Origin: Raja brachyura | Lineage: Eukaryota | Length of the DNA: 64,000 bases | Direction: 5' to 3' | NCBI GenBank assembly: GCA_963514005.1 | Contig: CAUPSL010001113.1 | Span: 1 to 64,000, forward strand | Shown: positions 50,342 to 63,647 of the stretch, one piece after another | Layout: each line of letters starts with the position of its first letter | Position numbering within the stretch: position 1 is the first letter of the stretch | Program-made: the position numbers and the translations under genes | Notes under the pieces: generated by a model | Database searches by the model: none | The model's input: the letters and a program-made list of their open reading frames with translations, nothing else | What the model was told of the DNA's origin: nothing

Positions 50342-50399
50342 TATTTGCAGGAAACAGAATTCCAGGAAGTAAAAGCAGAGGGAGATGATATTCTTTCAT
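50342..50399 (-). CDS. Butyrophilin-like gene A, leader exon
   Basis: Exon 50342-50410 with a pyrimidine-rich acceptor. MKEYHLPLLLLPGILFPAN followed by a phase-1 donor A|GTAAGC; joins in frame to the IgV exon (T-VKFSIVGP). Confidence 0.75.
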
Positions 50400-52559
50400 G
50401 TCTGTCAGACCTGTGTCGAATAGCCACGCACGAAACAAGGGAAAAAGACATGGTTCTGAATATTGATCCTACTTCATAGCCCAGACCATCACGCAAACCA
50501 ACCTCCCTTCCGTCGCCTCCACCGGCACTTCACACTGCCTCAGCAAGGCATATCTGCCATATTGCCATATCTGCATGGCTGTGTGGAGATATGAAGGTAA
50601 CGCCTTCAAACCAACCTACAGCCGTTATGCACGTTACAAAAAAGAGCAATAAGAATCATCAATAACGTTGGATATATGGAACATACCCATTTATTATTCT
50701 GAAAGTCACACACACTGAACTTCACCGATCTGGTTACGTTTAAGAGGAATAAGGGGTAAGCCATTTAGAACGGTGATGAGGAAATACTTTTTCACGCAGA
50801 GAGTTGCGAGTCTGTGGAATTCTCTGCCTCAGAGGGTGGTAGAGGTCGGTCCTCTCTATGCATTCAAGAGAGAGTTAGAAAGAGCTCTTAAAGATAGCGG
50901 AGTCAGGGGATATGGTGAGAAGGCAGGAACGGGGCACTGATTGGGGATGATCAGCCATGATCACATTGAATGGCGGTGCTGGCTCGAAGGGCTGAATGGC
51001 CTACTCCTGCACCTATTGTCTATTGTCAGTTATCCATGTTCAGAGATGCTGCCTGACCCGCTGAGTTTCTCCAGCACTTTGTGTCCTTTTGTGTATGAAC
51101 CAGCGTCCCTCATTTCTACCAGCAATGGGGGTAACTCAACTGGTCTGAAGAAGGATCTCGACCCGAAACGTCATCTGTCCATTCCCTCCACAGATGCTGC
51201 CTGACCTATTTCATAGATGTATAAAATCATGAGAGGAATAGATCGGGTAAATGCATAGAGTCTCTTGCCCAGGCTACAGGTTTAAGGTAGAGAAATGTTG
51301 GAGAAACTCAGCGGGTGAGGCAGCATCGATGGAGCGAAGGAAATAGGCAACTTTTCGGGTCGAGACCCTTCTTTTGACCCGAACCGTTGCCTATTTCCTT
51401 CGCTCCATAGATGCTGCTTCACCCGCTGATCATCCACAATCAGTAACCCGTGCCTGCCTTCTCCCCATATCCCTTGATTCAGATAGCCCCTGGAGCTATA
51501 TCTAACTCCCTTTTAAATTCATCCAGTCAATTGGCCTCGACTGGCTTCCACGGCAGAAAAATTACACAAATTCACAACTCTCTGGGAGGAAAAGTTTTTT
51601 CTCATCTCAGTTTTAAATGGCCTCCCCTTTATTTTTGAGAAAGAACTGCAGATGCTGGAAAAATCGAAGGTAGACAAAAATGCTGCAGAAACTCAGCGGG
51701 TGAGGCAGCATCTGTGGAGAGAAGGAATAGGCGACGTTTCGGGTCAGTCTGAAGAAGAGTCTCGACCTGAAACGTTCTCTCCAAAGATGCTGCCTCACCC
51801 GCTGAGTTTCTAAAGCATTTTCGTCTACCTTCCTCTTTATTCTTAGTCTGTGGCCCCTAGCTCTGGACTCCCCCAACATTGGGAACATTTTTTTTCCTGC
51901 ATCTAGCTTGTCCAGTTGAAGGGGGAAAGATTTAATAGGAATCTGAGGGGTAACTTTTCCACACAAAGTGTGGTGGGTGGGTGGGTGCATGGAACAAGCT
52001 GCCAGAGGAGGTAGTTGAGGCTGGGACTATTGCATTGTCTAAGGAACAGTTGGACACTTTAATAGCACCTTCTTTCCACGCACTATGAAAGCATGGAATA
52101 ATCTCCACCAAGCCACGGTTGCCCAGCCAGATGCAACTACATTTAAAGTGCCACTTTCTTCCCAAAAACCCTGTCTGGCTAAACCCCTCCCTTCACCACC
52201 TCCAGTTTAAATTCCAGTTGGAATATTTTGGAGGACCAAGTAACCAAGAACCAAGGACAGGGACATGGATAGGGCAGGTTTGGAGGGATCTGGGCCAAAG
52301 CTGTCCTAGGCAGGTCACCAGGTGGGACTAGTGTGCAGCTGGGACAAGTTGGCCGGTGTGGGCAAGTTAGACCGAGGAGTCTGTTTCCACGCGGTGTCAC
52401 TCTGCCACTCTCCGAGTTGCCCTTCGGCCCTTTTCCTGGTTACTAGCGCTGCAGTTCCTAAATCTGCTTGTCGGAGATTGCAAGCGGGTGGGTGCCTGGG
52501 AATAAATAAACACGTCCCACCAGTTCTCCCGAGCGATCAGTCAGTCAGTCACCGACTGC

Positions 52560-52880
52560 TGCCTTAACTCCCTGCACCGCATCAACCCGGACTACGGACC
52601 CGAACTGCGCCCCGGGGAGTTTCCCTTTCAACGCCTCTCGCTGGCAAAGTGGGGAGCGCTTTCAGTCGCTGGAACTCACCTCACTCACCCGATCAATGTC
52701 CTGGTGCGGCCGCTAAACCCCACGACCCCGGCCCGAGACCCGGTAGACTCACGGATCCCCCCCAAAAAAGCCGCATCACCAACAAGTGAAATATGAATGG
52801 GTGGGACGGGCAAAGACAAACTAAACAAGGGGTTGGCAAGCAATGATCATGTGATCTTTGTCGGCAAGACAACAGGGCTA
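52560..52880 (-). promoter_or_regulatory. CpG-rich putative promoter / non-coding first exon of butyrophilin-like gene A
   Basis: Non-repeat CpG-rich island with tandem GTGAGT donors on - (52674-52679, 52683-52688) and a consensus kB site GGGAGTTTCC (52615-52624). The leader exon has an acceptor, so an upstream exon is required. Confidence 0.45.
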
Positions 52881-53213
52881 TTAGATTGCAAAGGTCGGCA
52901 CCAAGTGCTTGAACCGGCCTGTCCCACTTAGGCGACTGCCAGGGCTGCATCTTGGTGGAACCAGTCTGTTGCTGAAGATGCTCCTCAGGTTGACCAGTGT
53001 GTCACGGAGGGAGTGAGCTGTATTATCCAAGATGCCCCGCAGTTTGAGGCAAAGATTCTGGAGGAGCAAAGATCGGCCGCTCCTCCCAAATCCAATGGAC
53101 TGGTGTGTAGTAGGGAATGGGACGTCACGGCCTCCCCCTGTGTCATCCGCTCCAGAGCTCCAGAGCAGTTGCAAGCAAAGATTACAGAGGAGCAAGATGC
53201 ATTAGAAAGCTGG

Positions 53214-54111
53214 TAGATTTATTTGTAATAGATCCTTACTTGCCTCTCCACCCCTCTCTATCCCCTCTCTATCCCCTCTCTTCTCTCTATCTCTCTCTCC
53301 CTCCTTCCCTCTCCCTCCCTCCTTCTCTCCTTCCCTCTCTCTCCCCTCTCCCCCCTCCTTTCCTCCTTCCCTCTCTCCCACCCTCCTTCCCTCTGTCTCC
53401 CCTCTCTCCCCCCTCCTTCCCTCTCTCTCCCCTCTTTTCCTCCCACCTTCCCTCTCTCTCCCTCCTTCCCCCCCTCTCCCTTCCTCCATCTCTCTCCCCC
53501 TCCTTCCCTTCTTCCCTCTCTCTCCCCTCTCTCCCCTCTCCCCCCCCCTCCTTTCTTCCCTCCCTCCTGCCCTCTCTCCCTCTCTCCCCCCTCCCTCCCT
53601 CCTTCTCTCTCTCTGCCCTCTCTCCCTCCTTCCCTCTCTCCCTCCCTTTTCCCCCTGCTCCCCAGCCCCCATCTTTCCTCCCCAGCCCCCACCTTTGCGT
53701 AGTTTCCCTTGCATTGCATTATACAGCTTCCCTTGTATTGCTTTAACACACACTGTGCACAAAATTACAGGCACACACACACACACACACACATTCATAT
53801 AAATATATGGTGGGACAGATAGAAGAGCTATTACAATCTTCTTACAAAGACCATTATGTAATTTCTTTCTATCCTCTTTTGGGCCGAAGGCAGAGCAGGG
53901 CTGCCAACTCTCACACAGAGGGAAGGGAGGGAGAGAGGGAAATCGAGAAGAGAGGGGAGAGAGAGAGAGATCAAGAGGGGAGAGAGAGATCGAGAGAAGA
54001 GAGGGGATTGAGAGAAGAGAGGGAGATCGAGAGAGATCGAGAGGAGAGAGAGAGAGATCGAGAGACGAGAGGGATGGAGAAGTAAGTAAAGATCTATTAC
54101 AAATAAATCTA
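53214..54111. mobile_element. Fold-back-like element with about 45-bp TIRs and CT-rich / GA-rich arms
   Basis: TAGATTTATTTGTAATAGATC... and its reverse complement ...GATCTATTACAAATAAATCTA. Confidence 0.6.
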
Positions 54112-54114
54112 ATA

Positions 54115-57100
54115 ACCTCCCCAACATCGGGAACAATCTTCCTGCATCTAGCCTGTCCAACCTCTTAACAATTTTGTAAGTTTCTATAAGATCCCCTCTC
54201 AATCTTCTAAATTCTAGCTAGTACAAGCTGAGTCTATCCAGTCTTTCTTCATATGAAAGTCCTGACACCCCAGGAATCAGTCTGGTGAACCTTATATGTA
54301 CCCACTCTATGGCAAGAATGTCTTTCGTCAGATTTGGAGACCAAACCTGTACGCAATACTCCAGGTGTGGTCTCACCAAAACCCTGTACAACTGCAGTAG
54401 AATCTCCCTGCTCCAATACTCCTTCTTAAACATGTTCCCAATGTTGGGGGAGTCGAGAACCAGGGGCCACAGTTTAAGAATAAGCGTTAAGTCATTTTGA
54501 GAATTAAGGGACAAAAGTTTAGGGGCAACATGAGGGGGATCTTTACTCAGAGAGTGGTAGCTGTGTGGAATGAGCTTCCAGTGGAAGTGGTGAAGGCAGG
54601 TTTGTTTTTATCATTTAAAAATAAATTGGATAGGTATATGGACGGGAAGGTAATGGACGGTTATGGTCTGAATGCAGGTAGATGGGACTAGGTGAGAGAC
54701 TGGAAAGGCCGAGATGGCCTGTTTCTGTGCTGTAATTGTTATATGGTTATATGGTTATATTTAGAACGGAGATGAGGAATCACTTTTTCACACAGAGAGT
54801 TGTGAGCCTGTGGAATTCTCTGAGGGCGGTGGAGGCCGGTTCTTTGAATGCTTTCAAGAGAGAGTTAGATAGGGTTCTTAAAGATAGTAGAGTCAGGGGA
54901 TATGGAGAGAAGGCAGGAACAGGATACTGATTGTGGATGATCAGCCATGGTCACATTGAATGGCGGTGCTGGCTCGAAGGGCCGAATGGCCTACTCCTGC
55001 ACCTATTGTCAATTGTCTATTGTCACAAACCCGAAATCAGCCACGATGACATATGAAATGATTTGAAATCTCCCGTCTCCCATCAGGCAAGAGGTATGAA
55101 AACGCACACCTCCAGATTCAGGCACAGTTTCTTCCCAGTGTAACCCGACAACTGAACCATCCTATCACCAACTAGAGAGCGGTCCTGACCTCTCGTCTAC
55201 CTCATTGGAGACCCGTGGATGATCTCTAATCAGACTTTATCTTGCACTAAATGTTATTCCCTTTATCTTGCTTCTGTAAACTTTGGACGGTTTGATTGTA
55301 ATTATAATTTCTGTCGTTTGGATTGGACCCAACAAAAAAAAAAGCATTTCACTGTACCTTGTTCCAGCTGACATTAAAATCAATTATATTTATTCTATCC
55401 ATGTACCTAGCCAATTTATTTTATAATATAGTGACAATACCAGTCTCAACTACCTCTCCCGGCTGCTCCTTCCATATACCCACCACCTTTGGTCATAGGA
55501 GATAGGAGTAGAATTCAGCCATTCGGCCCATCAAGTCTACTCCGCCATTCAATCATAGAAACATAGAAACATAGAAAATAGGTGCAGGAGTAGGCCATTC
55601 GGCCCTTTGAGCCTGCACCGCCATTCAATATGATCATGGCTGATCATCCAACTCCGTAACCTGTACCTGCCTTCTCTCCATACCCCGTGATCCCTTTAGC
55701 CACAAGGGCCACATCTAACTCCCTCTTAAATCTAGCCAATGAACTGGCCTCAACTGTCTTCTGTGGCAGAGAGTTCCAGAGATTCACCACTCTCTGTGTG
55801 AAAAATGTTTTTCTCATCTCGGTCCTAAAAGACTTCCCCCTTATCCTTAAACTGTGACCCCTTGTCCTGGACTTCCCCAACATCGGGAACAATCTTCCTG
55901 CATCTAGCCTGTCCAACCCCTTAAGAATGTTGTATGTTTCTATAAGATCCCCCCTCAATCTTCTAAATTCTAGCGAGTACAAGCCAAATCTATTCAGTCT
56001 TTCATCATATGCAAGACCTGCCATCCCAGGAATCAGTGTGGTGAACCTTCTCTGTACCCTCTCTGTGACAAGAATGTCTTTCCTCAGATTTGGAGACCAA
56101 AACTGTGCGCAATACTCCAGGTGTGGTCTCACCAAGACCCTGTGCAACTGCAGTAGAACCTCCCTGCTCCTATACTCAAATCCTTTTGCTATGAATGCCA
56201 ACATACCATTGGCTTTCTTCACTGCCTGCTGCACCTGCATGCCTACTTTCAATGACTGGTGTACCATGACACCCAGGTCTCGCTCGCTGCATCTCCCCTT
56301 TTCCTAACTGGCCACTGTGGATTGTGGATGATCATGGCCGATCATTCCCAATCAGTGCCCCGTTCCTGCCTTCTCCCCATATCCCCTGACTCCTCTATCT
56401 ATAAGAGCCCTATCTAGCTCTCTCTTGTAAATATCTAGAGAACCGGCCTCCACCGCCCTGTGAGGCAGAGAATTCCACACTCACAACTCTCTGTGTGAAA
56501 ACCTGTTTCCTCATCTCCGTTCTAAATGGCATAAGGGCCTGTCCCACGTGATTATTTTTTCGCCGACTGCCGGCATCATTGACTGACTACATGGATAAAT
56601 AAGCGGCGTGACGCGGCGTGGTGATGTATTGACGTGTCGTGACGCGGCACGATCGCGTATTGATCCCAATGTCTTTTCCAAGTGTCGCAACATTTGTTTT
56701 GTCGCCGCTGGATTTTGAAATGTTCAAATCTTTTGGAGACGCTGATATGATGCCGGCAATCGGCAAACAAAATCTCCACGTGGAACAGGCCCTTTACCTG
56801 TTATTCTTAAACTGTGTCCCCAGGTTCTGGACTCACCCAACATTGGCAACATGTTTCCTGCCTCCAGCGTGTCCAAACCCTTAGACGTTTCAATAAGATC
56901 CCCTCTCATCCTTCTAACCAGAGTGTACAAGCCCAGCCGCTCCATTCTCTCAGCATATGACTGTCCCGCCATCCCGGGAATTAACCTTGTAAACCTACGC
57001 TGCACTCCCTCAATAGCATGAATGTCCTTCCTCAAATTAGGGGACCAAAACTGACACAATACTCCAGGTGTGGTCTCACTAGGGTCCTATCCAACTGGAA

Positions 57101-57385
57101 GGACCTCTTTGCTCCTATACTCAATTCCTCTTGTTATGAAGGCCAAAATGCCATTCGCTTTCTTCACTGCCTGCTGTACCTGCATGCTTACTGTCATAGA
57201 CTGATGAACAAGGACCCCCAGATCCCGTTGTACTTCCCCTTTTCCCAACTTGACACCAATTACATAATAATCTGCCTTCCTGTTTTTGCTACCAAAGTGG
57301 ATAACCTCACATTTATCCACATTAAATTGCATCTGCCATGCATCTGCCCACTCACCCAACCTGTCCAAGTCACCCTGCATTCTCA
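54115..57385. mobile_element. Cluster of CR1 fragments (mostly -)
   Basis: ORFs 54218-54514, 55644-56267, 56724-57059 and 57087-57386. Confidence 0.88.
56532..56796. mobile_element. MITE with AAGGGCCTGTCCCAC-type TIRs (related copies at 35504-35751 and 36896-37110)
   Basis: TAAGGGCCTGTCCCACG...CGTGGAACAGGCCCTTTA; shared core TTTGTCGCCGCTGGATTTTGAAA. Confidence 0.72.
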
Positions 57386-58310
57386 CAGATCTCCAGCACC
57401 TTCAAGATATGATCAAATCTCAGCTGTTAGCTCAGATACTGTGAATTCTATCAAAATTATATTGACAAATTATACTGCAAATGGCAGAGTTGCTGCCTCA
57501 CAGCGCCAGAGACCCGGGTTCACTCCTGACCTCAGGTGCTGCCTGTGTGCGTGTGGAGTTTGCACGTTCTCCCTGAGAATGTGGAAGTTCATCGTTATTT
57601 AAAAATACAAAATGAAGACAAGTTTTAATCTTCCTCTATCGAATTGCTGAGCGAGCAAAACAAGTGCTAACCCTTGCCTCCAGTACTTAACAAGGTCAGC
57701 AGACTGGCGATGTTCCTCTTTCTAATAACATAAGCGGGATAACACGCACAAGTTTCTCTAATGTCTCCTTTGTAACATGAACATGACTAGATTACGATGT
57801 ACGTCATTCGGAGAATAAAACAAAATGCTTGTTCTGTAGAAATGTAACCTTCTCATATATCCATATATGGCTAACCCTTCCTCTGTCAGAATAACCTGTC
57901 ACTCTTCTGTCAATCTTCTGATGCTGTCCATCTTCAGGATCTGTCCATCTTAAGCAGCAAGCGGCTGAACTAACCTTATAGATAACGTATTGGTGAATCG
58001 TCAAATATTGGGATATAGATCTACATGTACTGAATCATTGTCTGTGTGTGTGTGGGGATTTCTCTATAGACTGCTATTAGCACAGTGTAAAGGGATTTGT
58101 ACTACACCCGCCTGGCAGGTTAAAGATTACTGCTTATACTGATTTTATTTGCATTTCTGTCTCTTTAAGCATATTTGGGCCACGACAAGACCACGTGGGG
58201 TTTCTCAGGATGCTCCGGTTTCCTCTCACACATCCCAAAGACGTGCGGGCTTTGTACGTTGACTGGTCCTCTGTAAATTTCCCCTGGCGTGTAGGTGGTG
58301 GATGAGTAAT

Positions 58311-58627
58311 GGCCCTGTCCCACGATGCCAGTTCATTCAAGAGCTCTCCCGAGTTAATAGAAAAACCAAACTCCTGGTTAGCACGGAGAATGAACGTAGC
58401 GGGTACGTCGGAGCTCGGGGACGTCTCTTAGCGCTAACGGCAGGTACTCGGGAAGACTCGCTAACGGCAGGTAGGCTCGGTAAGTCTCATGAAGATTTTT
58501 CAACATGTTGAAAAATGTCCACGAGAGCCCCGAGTACTGACGAGCGACCAATACCGTAAATCTCCGAGTTCGAACCAGGGCAAACTCGGGAGAGCTCTTG
58601 GAATGAACTCGTACAGTGGGACAGGGC
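58311..58627. mobile_element. MITE (PIF/Harbinger-like), copy 2
   Basis: Same TIR family and internal sequence as 49904-50230. Confidence 0.8.
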
Positions 58628-59260
58628 TTCAAGTGTGATAACAGAATTAGTGTGAATGGGTAGGTGACGGTCGGAATGGACTCAGTGGGCCGATGGGCCT
58701 GTTTCCATGCTGTGCCTACAAATTACTTCAAAATATTCTGTATGTCAAAGATGCAAAAAAGGATGCGGATGAAAGAATATTCCGGATACCAAGCGGTAGA
58801 GTTGCTGCCGTACACGAACGCAGCGCCGGAGGCCCAGGTTCCATCCCCACTACGGGTGAGAATAGACAATGGACAATTTTCTGATGCTGTCTGTACGGAG
58901 TTTGCACGTTCTCCCCAAGACCTGCGTGGGTTTTCTCCGAGATCTTTGGTTTCCCCCCAAACTCTAAAGAGGTACAGGTTTGTAGGTTAATTGGCTTGGT
59001 AATCAGTAAATGCCCATTAATCTCCTATGTGGGACCTTATCAAAGGCTTTCTCAAAGTCCAGGTACACTGGCTCTCCACTTGTCTGTTTTCCTAGTTACA
59101 TCCTCAAACAATTCCAGAAGATAAGTCAAGCATGAATTTCCCTACGTGAATCCAAGCTGACTCGGTCTGCACTGTTACTGCGATCCAGTTCTACTCGAGA
59201 GGCCGTTGCTCTGTTGCTGTGACTCTGTGTCGACGGAAAGTGGAATGATCTGTGATGTAC

Positions 59261-59545
59261 CTGATATCTGAAGGTGAGCCGCTCGTGTTTGCTTCAGTAA
59301 GTGACTCCGCATGAAACAGGAATAGCTGTTCATGGCATCGCTCCTGAGAAAGATGTAGCTGTGGACCGTGATCAGCCCGCTGGAGTCCTCGCTGAGCCAA
59401 GTGTCAGACCGCGCGGTCACGTCACGTCCAATCCCATCCAGCCACAGTATCTCCGGCTCAGGAAACCACCCATCGGACGTGCACACAACACGCACTCCTC
59501 GCTCCGTGCGTTCTTCCAAGCGGATCGAGGGCTGGAGTCCCAAAC
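59261..59545 (-). CDS. Butyrophilin-like gene B, IgC exon
   Basis: 285 nt, phase 1-1. GLGLQPSIRL...VRVVCTSDGWFPEPEILW...YSCFMRSHLLKQTRAAHLQIS. Donor G|GTACAT. Confidence 0.9.
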
Positions 59546-59622
59546 CTACTCAGAGTCACAGGGAGATGGGGTCAGAGACTCGTAGAGACATGGACAGAGA
59601 CAGAGAAACAGAGACAGAGGCA

Positions 59623-59934
59623 GGGCGGTCACGGTAGCGCAGCGGTAGAGTTGCTGCCTTACAGCCAATGCAGCGGCGGAGACCCGGGTTCGATCCTGAC
59701 TACGGGCGCTGTCTGTACGGAGTTTGTACGTTCTCCCCGTGACCTGCGTGGGTTTCCTCCGCGATTTTCAGTTTCCTCCCCAAAGACCTACAGGTTTGTA
59801 GGTTAATTGGCTTGGTAAATGTAAAAAAAATGTCCCTAGTGGGTGTAGGATGGAGTTAGTGTGCGGGGATCGCAGGTCGGCACGGACCCGGTGGGCCGAA
59901 GGGCCTGTTTCCGTGCCGTACCTCTAAAGCTAAA
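59623..59934 (+). mobile_element. tRNA-derived V-SINE (HE1-like), near full length
   Basis: A box TAGCGCAGCGG, B box GGTTCGATCC, V-domain CTGTACGGAGTTTGTACGTTCTCCCCGTG and CR1-like tail GGGCCGAAGGGCCTGTTTCC. Partial copies at about 20410, 42135, 49510 (-) and 58790. Confidence 0.85.
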
Positions 59935-60105
59935 GACAAAGACACAGAGACAGAGACAAAAAGACACAAAGATACAGACACAGAGACACAGAGACACAAA
60001 ATCTCCTGAGGGTTAACAAATCCATAATTTATAGGAGCAGAATTAAGCCCGTTTAAGAGAATGATCTGCGGAATGATTGGGTTAACACACAACGAGCGTT
60101 TGATG

Positions 60106-61065
60106 TAGGGTTGCCAACTTTCTCACTCCCAAATAAGGGACAAAAGGTCAAAATACGGGACAGATTCCCAACGGCAATTTGTTGCCTGACTGGGCTGTGT
60201 CTGGGTGAATGATGAGTTGGCCCTGAGTGCTGGACTGCACACAAAGCCCAGCCGGCGGGGCCAGCTGAGGGATTTTGGCCCCAGGCACGTGACATGCGCT
60301 CAAAGTCTGTCACCCCATCCAACTCATGGACCAATGATCGGCCATGAGGAGGGGCGGAGGTGGTGTTGGCCGTCATCGAATGTCAAAAAGGTTCGGACAG
60401 CTGGCTGGGCCACCGACCGACAGACAGGGCCAGCGGCGAGGAGCTGCTGCTGCACTCCATGGGCTGCACTACGTCGGGGACGAGTGACACGGGGCCGGAC
60501 GCAGCGCTCCCACACGACAGGCCCCTCGACCCGAGCAGTAGCGGTCAAGTGTTGAAGAAAGAACTGCAGGTGCTGGAAAATCACGGGTACACAAAATGCT
60601 GGAGAAACTCAACGGGTGCAGCAGCATCTATGGAGCGAAGGAGATAGGCAACGTTTCGGGCTGAAACCCTTCTTCAGACTGATGGGGGGGGGTGGGGGGA
60701 GGCCGGGGGTAGAAAGGAAAAAGGAGGAGGAGGAGCCCGAGGGCTGAGGGAGAGGTGGGAAGGGGAGGAGACAGCAAGGGTCAACAGAATTGAGAGAATT
60801 CAATGTTCATGCCAAGAGGATGCAGATTCCCCAAGCGGAATATGAGGTGCTGTTCCTTCAATTTGCAGTGCTGCTCACTCTGGCCGTGGAGGAGGCCCAG
60901 GACAGAGAGGTCGGATACGGAATGGGAGGGGGAGTTGAAGTGCTGAGCCACAGGGCGATCGGATTGGTTATTGCGGACCGAGACAAGGGCGGTCCCGTAT
61001 GGGACAAACCAATTTAGCCCAATATATGGGATGTCCCGACTAATCCGGGACATTTAGCGACTCTA
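60106..61065. mobile_element. hAT-like MITE (TAGGGTTGCCAAC end) with a nested PLE
   Basis: Left end TAGGGTTGCCAACT, degenerate right end GGGACATTTAGCGACTCTA, CGGGAC subterminal repeats. Inverted partial copy at 62920-63074. Confidence 0.6.
60550..60980 (-). mobile_element. Penelope-like 3' fragment
   Basis: SVRNNQSDRPVAQHFN...MNIEFSQFC, plus terminal repeat. Confidence 0.82.
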
Positions 61066-61105
61066 GGTGTGGGACCCAAAAAGGTTTTCCACAGGTGGGG
61101 CTCAC

Positions 61106-61444
61106 CTTCAACATCCAGATACACTGCCATCTGCAGGTGGGAGGTATTGGTCCTGGTGGAACAGGTGTAGACGCCAATGTCTGACACTTTAATCTGCTTC
61201 AGTTTAAGTGAGACATTTCCACGGTGAAACTCTTCGTGAAAGAGTTGCGTCCTCCCTCGATAAGCCTCGTCCTGCTCGTCAAGTCGATCCTGACCTCCGG
61301 TGTATACATGTACCAGCAAGCTCGATGTAAACCATCTCACCTCCAATTCCTTCACGGCTGTAACTGGTTGCAACCTGCACTCCAAGAGGACATCGCCACC
61401 CACTACGCCGATGAAGAGACCTGGCGAAGTAACATGGGCTTCCC
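61106..61444 (-). CDS. Butyrophilin-like gene B, IgV exon (distal copy)
   Basis: 339 nt, phase 1-1. Acceptor tttcctttctccag. GVVGGDVLLECRL...LEVRWF...QDEAYRGRTQLFHEEFHRGNVSLKLKQIKVSDIGVYTC. Donor G|GTGAGC. Confidence 0.92.
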
Positions 61445-61604
61445 CTGGAGAAAGGAAACATATTAAACAAAGTGTGTAGGGAAGAACTGGCGTACCGAAG
61501 ATCGACACAAAACACTGCAGTGACCAAGCGGGTCTGGTGAAACAGGAGCCTGAAGAAGGCTCTCGACCCGAAACCGACCCGAGCAGGGAGGGTCTACTGC
61601 AGTT

Positions 61605-62530
61605 TGGGATGACACTAATGTGGGGGGCAGTGTTAGTGGTGAGGAGGATGCTAGGAGGCTGCAAGGTGACTTGGATAGGCTGGGTGAGTGGGCAGATGCA
61701 TGGCAGATGCAGTATAATGTCAATAAATGTGAGGTTATCCACTTTGGTGGCAAAAACAGGAGGGTAGACTATTATCTGAATGGTGCCAAATTAGGAAAAG
61801 TTGAGGTGCAACGAGACCTGGGTGTCATGGTAGACCAGTCATTGAAAGTAGGCATGCAGGTGCAGCAGGCAGTGAAGAATGGAAATGGTATGTTAGCATT
61901 CACAGCGAAAGGATTTGAGTGTAGGAGCAGGGAGGTTCTACTGCAGTTGTACAGGGTTTTGGTGAGACCACACCTGGAGTACTGCGTACAGTTTTGGTCT
62001 CCAAATCTGAGGAAGGACATTCTTGCCATAGAGGGAGTACAGAGAAGGTTCACCAGACTGATTCCTGGGATGTCAGGACTTCCATATGAAGAAAGACTGG
62101 ATAGACTCGGCATGTACTCGCTGGAATTTAGGAGATTGAGGGGGGATCATATAGAGACTTACAAAATTCTTAAGGGGTTGGACAGGCTAGATGCAGGAAG
62201 ATCGTTCCCGATATTGGGCAACTCCAGAACAAGGGGTCACAGTTTAAGGATAAAGGGGAAGTCTTTTAGGACTGAGATGAGAAGATGTTTTTTCACACAG
62301 AGATTGGTGAGTCTCATGAACTCTCTGCCACAGAAGGTAGTTGAGGCCAGTTCATTGGCTATATATTAAGAGGGAGTTAGATGTGACCCTTGTGGCTAAA
62401 GGTATCAGGGGGTATGGAGAGAAGGCAGGTACAGGATACTGAGTTGGATGATCAGCCATGATCATATTCAATGGCAGTGCTGGCTCGATGGGCCGAATGG
62501 CCTACTCCTGCACCTATTGTCTATGTTCCT
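61605..62530 (+). mobile_element. CR1 LINE 3' fragment
   Basis: ORF 61620-62369. Confidence 0.92.
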
Positions 62531-63107
62531 GTGCACAGCTCCTCCCCCTTCTGTTGTGGGGTAGACTGAGACTGGCCCCTCTCCCCCTCCCCTCTCCCCC
62601 TCCCCTCTCCCCCTCCCCTCCCCCCCCTCCCCTCTCCCCCTCCCCTCTCCTCTCTCTCCCCCCCCCCACACCTCTTTGCACATCCCCAATCCTTTATTTC
62701 CCGATGTTGGGGGGGTCCAGAACCAGGGGCCACAGTTTAAGAATAAGGGGTAAGCCATTTAGAACGGAGACGAGGAAACACTTTTTCTCACAGAGAGTTG
62801 TGAGTCTGTGGAATTCTCTGCCTCAGAGGGCGGTGGATGCCGGTTCTCTGGATACTTTCAAGAGAGTGCTAGATAGGGCTCTTAGAGATAGTTACAGCCC
62901 TGAAGGAGGGCCAAAACTCATCAGCTGGCCCCACCGGCTGGGCTTTGTGTGCAGTCCTGCACCCGGGCCAACTCATCACTCACCCAGCCACGGCCCAGTC
63001 GGTCAACGAATTGCCATCGGGAATTTGTCCCGTATATTGACCCTTATTTGGGAGTGAGGAAGTTGGCAACCCTACGTCAAATGCTCATCGTACATTAACC
63101 CAATCAT

Positions 63108-63647
63108 AGAAACATAAAAACATAGAAAATAGGTGCAGGAGGAGACCATTCGGCCCTTTGAGCCAGCACCGCCGTTCATTGTGATCATGGCTGATCGTCC
63201 CCTATCAATAACCTGTGCCTGCCTCCTCCCCATATCCCTTGACTCCACTAGCCCCTAGAGCTCTATCTTACTCTCTCTTAAATCCATCCAGTGACTTGGC
63301 CTCCACTGCCCTCTGTGGCAGGGAATTCCATAAATTCACAACTCTCTGGGTGAAAAAGTTTTTTCTCACCGCAGTCTTAAATGGCCTCCCCTTTATTCTG
63401 AGACTGTGGCCCCTGGTTCTGGACTCGCCCAACATTGGGAACATTTTTCCTGCATCTAGCTTGTCCAGTCCTTTTATAATTTTTTGTGTTTCTATAAGAT
63501 ATCCCCTCATCCTTCTAAACTCCAGTGAATACAAGCCTAGCCTTTTCAATCTGTCCTCATATGACAGTCCCGCCATCCCAGGGATCAATCTGGTGAACCT
63601 ACGCTGCACTGCCTCAATCACAGGGATGTCCTTCCTCAAATTAGGAG
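63108..63647 (-). mobile_element. CR1 3' fragment inserted into an older CR1
   Basis: ORF 63268-63639, flanked by an ATGAT micro-duplication. Confidence 0.85.

Noticed and set aside
57804-58004. Possible terminal exon of BTN gene B (e.g. DGQILKMDSIRRLTEE*)
   Set aside because: Weak acceptors and no recognisable motif; cannot be supported without transcripts.
59623-59710. tRNA gene
   Set aside because: The A/B boxes run directly into a V-SINE body and LINE-like tail, so this is a SINE head.
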